DNA from: a virus
Lineage: Duplodnaviria > Caudoviricetes
IMG/VR virus record: IMGVR_UViG_3300032269_000528
Location: 1 to 49,292 of that record
Direction: 5' to 3' (one strand)
DNA: 49,292 nucleotides
Positions 45,343 to 49,292 of this stretch are shown here, piece by piece. Under the pieces are notes generated by a model that was given only the letters and a program-made list of their open reading frames with translations, had not been told where the DNA came from and searched no databases. Made by a program: the position numbers and the translations under genes. How positions within the stretch are numbered: position 1 is the first letter of the stretch; each line of letters opens with the position of its first letter.

Positions 45343-46899
45343 TTACGACATTGCTTCCTGGCCGATAATCTGGGCGCTAACAGCGGCGGCAGAAGCCGAA
45401 GTGTTAGTAACCACAACACTCAGAATGTCCGGTGCGTCACCACGAATTGTATTCACCAGCGGAAACAAGTTGTCAATCTGCTGGTCAACCGGATTGTTAG
45501 CCGGAACGAAAATGCTATACACGCACTCACCGCCAGAAACGGCGGTAGCCGACGCATCAACCAAAGCGAAACTGTTAGAAGCCGCCGCATTCGCTACAAA
45601 CGATGCGCCCGTCAGCACCACCGGGGAACCCGGCGTGGAAACAAACATTTCGACGTAGACGGGCTGAGTTGAAGTCAACTGCAACCTACGGGGCAACAAC
45701 TGACCACGGTTAATAATACCGATAGTGTAATTTTGACCCGCCACCGGGGCGGTACCCAACGCTCCACCAGTAACGATATCTGCGAGAGTCAAAACCGTCG
45801 CAGTGTTCGACGTAATGCGTGCCACATAGCTGGTACCGGAAACCACATAGTTCAAGAATCGTCCAGCCCATTGGTTGACAGTCCACGCTGCGGTACCGGC
45901 GGTGAGCGAAGTTGTAGAGCCTGCGGTAGCCGCCGCAGTCGCTTGCGTATACTCCGAAACGCCCATAGTCTTGCCGCGCATCGACACCACCGGAAAACGA
46001 TTAGCCGACGCAGAAACATTCCTCAAAGGTGCGGTTTGAGGATTGCCATAAGCATAAGTAAAACCGCGCTGGTCATCGACGCCGCCCTCAACAATAACCG
46101 ACACGCCATAATGGAACATGTCATTTTGTGCGGCGACAGTGCCAACATTCCTTTGCTCATAACGCACGGGAAGGTTACCCGTTTTAGCCCACGCAATAGT
46201 TTGGCCGGAACGGTTACCGAAACCGACCTGATGCAAAACAACCGGCTCGCCATTAATGTAAACACCCCAACGGACAGCGCCAGCCCCATACCACGCATAC
46301 TCAACAAACACCATCTGAATACGGGTCCAGTCAAGAGACTTACGGACAACCGCATCACCATTCCAATCGGAACCGTCATTAGCGGTACTCATCTGGAATT
46401 TCGTGTCAACTACAGCGCCCGAAGAATTAGTACGCACCACAACAGCCATTCCAAACGGATTATCCGCAGTAGGATTACCCTGCTCAAAAAACACGCCATT
46501 GCTGTCATCGAAGAAACCAACTCTTTGGAATTGGTTGGTCTGTGCTGTACCCAAGTTAATGGCAGTTGCCATCAGCATGGTTTTGCCAGGTTGATATCGG
46601 TGATAGGGCCGCGACTGGCGAATGGTAAGATCACCACTAGCTGTGGTGACACGCATACGCACAGCACCCAAACCGGGCTGATGAGCAATAGTGCCCGAAC
46701 CGGCAGTCAGGGCTTCCCACCGCAAAGGCTGTGGGCTATACTCAAAATCCGCTTCATAAACGTTCTGGTGGTTACTGGTTTTCAGCCGACCAAGCACATC
46801 AAGGAACCGGCGCTCAGTCTTAAACACCGGCACATGTGATGTGTCGCCCCGGTCATCGACGCGAGGCTCGGTGCCGCCGCTGTAGATTACTTCTGCCAC
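45343..46899 (-). CDS. putative virion structural protein (YQPGK, lectin/concanavalin-like)
   Basis: IRQS..Y.RYQPGK, RVGFFD..NGVFFE, EY.WYGAG.VR.G, LPVRYE; inserted between terS and terL. Confidence 0.7.
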   Translation of the reverse strand: MAEVIYSGGTEPRVDDRGDTSHVPVFKTERRFLDVLGRLKTSNHQNVYEADFEYSPQPLRWEALTAGSGTIAHQPGLGAVRMRVTTASGDLTIRQSRPYHRYQPGKTMLMATAINLGTAQTNQFQRVGFFDDSNGVFFEQGNPTADNPFGMAVVVRTNSSGAVVDTKFQMSTANDGSDWNGDAVVRKSLDWTRIQMVFVEYAWYGAGAVRWGVYINGEPVVLHQVGFGNRSGQTIAWAKTGNLPVRYEQRNVGTVAAQNDMFHYGVSVIVEGGVDDQRGFTYAYGNPQTAPLRNVSASANRFPVVSMRGKTMGVSEYTQATAAATAGSTTSLTAGTAAWTVNQWAGRFLNYVVSGTSYVARITSNTATVLTLADIVTGGALGTAPVAGQNYTIGIINRGQLLPRRLQLTSTQPVYVEMFVSTPGSPVVLTGASFVANAAASNSFALVDASATAVSGGECVYSIFVPANNPVDQQIDNLFPLVNTIRGDAPDILSVVVTNTSASAAAVSAQIIGQEAMS

Positions 46900-46929
46900 T
46901 TGACAGCACCCCTATCGGTGAAATAAGAT
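46900..46929 (+). promoter_or_regulatory. near-consensus SigA promoter for a leaderless antisense gene
   Basis: TTGACA-18 bp-TAAGAT, with the -10 box 7 bp before ATG 46937. Confidence 0.75.
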
Positions 46930-46936
46930 TATTGAC

Positions 46937-47185
46937 ATGAATGAAAACACCAACCACAAGCAACTGATCGAAACTCTGACACTGCTGCACAAAAGCCTGA
47001 CAGACAGTGCTAGCGGGGATGCCGCCTGCGAACTGGAAGAAGAAAACGGCCACCACATGTCCACATGGTTCCGTGGCCGAAAAGTCGGATTCACGCTAGC
47101 CGCCGGATGGCTTGAGCGCGTCATCGAACGCGAAAAATCTATAGCCAAGATCACCGCACATGGCGGCAGCTATTACAGCAATTAA
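46937..47185 (+). CDS. hypothetical protein, antisense moron
   Basis: 82 aa; fills the gap between two minus-strand genes and has its own promoter and downstream hairpin. Confidence 0.75.
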   Translation: MNENTNHKQLIETLTLLHKSLTDSASGDAACELEEENGHHMSTWFRGRKVGFTLAAGWLERVIEREKSIAKITAHGGSYYSN

Positions 47186-47187
47186 GC

Positions 47188-47221
47188 GAGTGGGGCCACC
47201 CACCAACGAGCAGCCCCACTC
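47188..47221. terminator. stem-loop between convergent genes
   Basis: GAGTGGGGC (47188-47196) / GCCCCACTC (47213-47221); weak U-tract. Confidence 0.55.
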
Positions 47222-47229
47222 AACCTTAA

Positions 47230-47781
47230 TTAGCTAACCGCAACCCACGGGGTCTGCGCGAGAGCAGACTTAGTGCCCAAAGACGAAGGCAGGGGAGTGG
47301 TCGCGCCCGTCGCCGCAGTCGCAAAACGCGAGCTAGCAGCAACCAGGCCGTTGTTGCCCTTGGTACCGGCAGTGCCCAGAGTCGGGCCGGTGGTACCGTT
47401 GAACATGAACGCCACGGTCACAATTCCGTTGCTGACGTTCACCGGGGAAGCCAGCGGGGTGCTTGTGTAGCCGGTGCTACCCCACTGAGTGATAGTCGCT
47501 GCCGGAACCGAAGCACCCAGCAGGGTACCGCCCTGATAGATGCCCACATAGTTCTGTCCCGCAGTCAGGGTTGCACCAGCCGTGGTGATGTGGTAGGCGA
47601 TATTGGTGATAGTAGAAGTGTTGACCTTCAAGTCAACGGTATACAAGGTACCGGCAGTCGCCAAGGTGTAAGTGCCCGAAATAATTGCGGGATCATACGC
47701 CCAAGAGATAAGACCGTGATCCGGTGCAAACCAGGAAAGAACGGCACCGTCCTGAATAACGCTCTGAATGTTGTTAGCCAT
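47230..47781 (-). CDS. putative virion decoration / fibre-like protein
   Basis: AAGGA RBS then MANNIQ; HGL.SW.YDPA, Thr/Ala/Gly-rich beta strands, ends W.AVS. Confidence 0.65.
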   Translation of the reverse strand: MANNIQSVIQDGAVLSWFAPDHGLISWAYDPAIISGTYTLATAGTLYTVDLKVNTSTITNIAYHITTAGATLTAGQNYVGIYQGGTLLGASVPAATITQWGSTGYTSTPLASPVNVSNGIVTVAFMFNGTTGPTLGTAGTKGNNGLVAASSRFATAATGATTPLPSSLGTKSALAQTPWVAVS

Positions 47782-47810
47782 TGAAAAAAATGTTTCCTTT
47801 TCTGAAAGAA

Positions 47811-47975
47811 TTAAATCTTGCGTCCATTGAGCAAGGTGGGAATAACAGAATCGCGGTAATGCCGATAGGCGCACCCCATGTTAGGGCTACCACGATTTAC
47901 GTCATCGTCGGGATCAGGGATAGTACAACCACAAACACACAAATCATCATGCTCATGGCCGCAAGCACACATCAT
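47811..47975 (-). CDS. small Cys/His-rich protein (54 aa)
   Basis: Hand-translated MMCACGHEHDDLCVCGC...GCAYRHY...; ATGA overlap with the terS stop. Confidence 0.55.
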   Translation of the reverse strand: MMCACGHEHDDLCVCGCTIPDPDDDVNRGSPNMGCAYRHYRDSVIPTLLNGRKI

Positions 47976-48433
47976 CCCAAAATGCGTTCAGCCCCACCCT
48001 TGGGCATATTATCGTCGCCACCGACACGCAAGTCGGCGCGATCACCAGGGGTAAGGCCAAACCGGGACGAATACTTAGCCATCACATCAGCAGCATCACG
48101 CATGATCTGCCAATGAGGGCTTTTAATGACACCACCAGCAGCGCCCTTAGCCGTATACATGCTACCCATGAGAGTTTTATTCTCCCGGTAGGCATTCACC
48201 GCTTCACAAAACACGGCAAACGTATACACGTCCCAACTGGTAAGACAGCCTTTGTCAATCAAATCAGGCGCTAGGTAATACCACACTTCCAAAGCACCAT
48301 CACTGGTGCCAGCCGGGGGATCAATACCACCGCGATCCGAGGGGAGCGGTTCATCCCTATTAATGCGAGATTCCTGATCCCCCCTAACCACCTTCAGTTG
48401 GGTGGGGGCAGGCTTAGGTCCACGGGAACCCAT
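47972..48433 (-). CDS. terS: terminase small subunit (P27 family)
   Basis: MG.RGPKP.PT.LK..RG, W....P.L, D......FCE, K.P, FGLTP.DR. Confidence 0.95.
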   Translation of the reverse strand: MGSRGPKPAPTQLKVVRGDQESRINRDEPLPSDRGGIDPPAGTSDGALEVWYYLAPDLIDKGCLTSWDVYTFAVFCEAVNAYRENKTLMGSMYTAKGAAGGVIKSPHWQIMRDAADVMAKYSSRFGLTPGDRADLRVGGDDNMPKGGAERILG

Positions 48434-48542
48434 TGCGCCTCCTTGGGTAGAGTTTTAAGACACCCACAGCAGCCGCACGGGTCATCACACCGGGCAGCCT
48501 CACGACGGCCCTCAGAATCCCAGCTACCGGATATCACAGTGA

Positions 48543-48974
48543 CTACGCGCCACCAACATTGATGTAATGAATCTTGTACGTCTGGCTCGACGTAGGCGTA
48601 CCCGCAGCCTTAACCACCAACGTAGTAGTAGTGCTATTCGCATACAGGTTAGCGGCAGCACCATACTGGTCACCCGCGTCAAGCGAGAACACCGGAGCGA
48701 CAGCAAACGCAGTAGCAAACGTCAAAGTAGCCAACGTACCGGCGGCAGCAGACGTACCCGCATTCACCGTAATAACGCCAGCCTCATCAGTACCCACCAC
48801 CGTAGCGGTAGAACCGGTACCGGCATTTGCGCCAACAGCCACGGACGGGGCAGTGGTAGTACCAACCCGGCGTCGGCCCTGACTATCATGCCGCGCACCA
48901 AGCTGACCCGACGCATTAACAACAACAGACAAAGAATCGCCCTGCTCAGGAGCAGGATTAACAAAAGTAGGCAT
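48543..48974 (-). CDS. putative virion structural protein
   Basis: 143 aa, Ala/Thr/Gly-rich; G.D.AG.IT...GT...G.LATLTF..AF...P. Confidence 0.65.
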   Translation of the reverse strand: MPTFVNPAPEQGDSLSVVVNASGQLGARHDSQGRRRVGTTTAPSVAVGANAGTGSTATVVGTDEAGVITVNAGTSAAAGTLATLTFATAFAVAPVFSLDAGDQYGAAANLYANSTTTTLVVKAAGTPTSSQTYKIHYINVGGA

Positions 48975-49049
48975 TATGTCCTTTACAAGAGGGAATTAAA
49001 CAACTTTAAGAAGGTTTAGCGGGATAACGCATGACTTACAGCCACTACG

Positions 49050-49175
49050 CTAGGGATCACGAAGCCAAATAACCCCGCAACTGCACTTATCGGCAGAAAC
49101 AACCAACCTGCCAACAAAAAACAGAGACTTACGGACATTATGGCGCAAAACATGCTGGTGGAAGAACTTTTTCAC
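49050..49175 (-). CDS. small hypothetical protein (41 aa)
   Basis: GGAGGGG RBS before GTG; MKKFFHQH...CSCG.IW. Confidence 0.4.
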   Translation of the reverse strand: MKKFFHQHVLRHNVRKSLFFVGRLVVSADKCSCGVIWLRDP

Positions 49176-49292
49176 GCCCCCTCCAACGTATAACGGACAG
49201 AAACAGTCCTATCCGCGACAGAATATGAGCAAAACCGCAGGTCAGGGCTAAAAGCCACATTTTTGAAAAACTCGCTTTGACCGAAGCCGACC

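Noticed and set aside
13917-49019. Many plus-strand ORFs in the track, e.g. 45733-46839 (368 aa), 24555-25172, 44111-44731
   Set aside because: They are antisense shadows of well-supported minus-strand genes and lack motifs or promoters; only 46937-47185 occupies its own gap.
49016-49153. 45-aa hydrophobic minus-strand ORF
   Set aside because: It overlaps the 49050-49175 frame, which has the clear RBS; its hydrophobicity follows from the T-rich sequence.
1-49292. tRNA/tmRNA genes and stop-codon recoding
   Set aside because: No cloverleaf was seen by eye in the intergenic gaps (tRNAscan-SE or ARAGORN would be decisive), and all core genes are intact in the standard code.

Overview
The window is a 49.3-kb stretch of a siphovirus genome, most likely a mycobacteriophage or a phage of a related mycolic-acid-containing actinobacterium. 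It encodes Lysin B, Lsr2, a DUF732 protein and a mycobacteriophage-type repressor. Almost all genes are on the minus strand. Read from the window end backwards, the order is: terS, inserted structural-type genes plus one antisense moron, terL, portal, protease/scaffold, HK97-type capsid, head-tail connectors, major tail, frameshifted tail chaperones, tape measure, distal tail, hub and minor tail proteins, then lysA-lysB-holin-membrane protein-nrdH. A small plus-strand block follows (repressor, membrane protein, hypothetical, lsr2), then an early region with a ParB/DGQHR-like gene, recA, DUF732, many small paralogous genes, an exonuclease, a putative annealing protein, HNH, a replication initiator and DnaB (truncated at base 1). 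No integrase, tRNA, rRNA or CRISPR array was seen. Highlights: (1) a complete LysB/cutinase-like Ser-Asp-His domain fused to the tail hub protein and a C39-like cysteine peptidase domain in the tape measure, which together suggest a virion-borne envelope-penetration kit mirroring the lysis cassette; (2) several small beta-rich modules inserted repeatedly across unrelated virion proteins; (3) a self-contained leaderless antisense gene inside the packaging operon; (4) candidate regulatory RNAs and operators. All calls come from visual motif recognition; no database searches were run.
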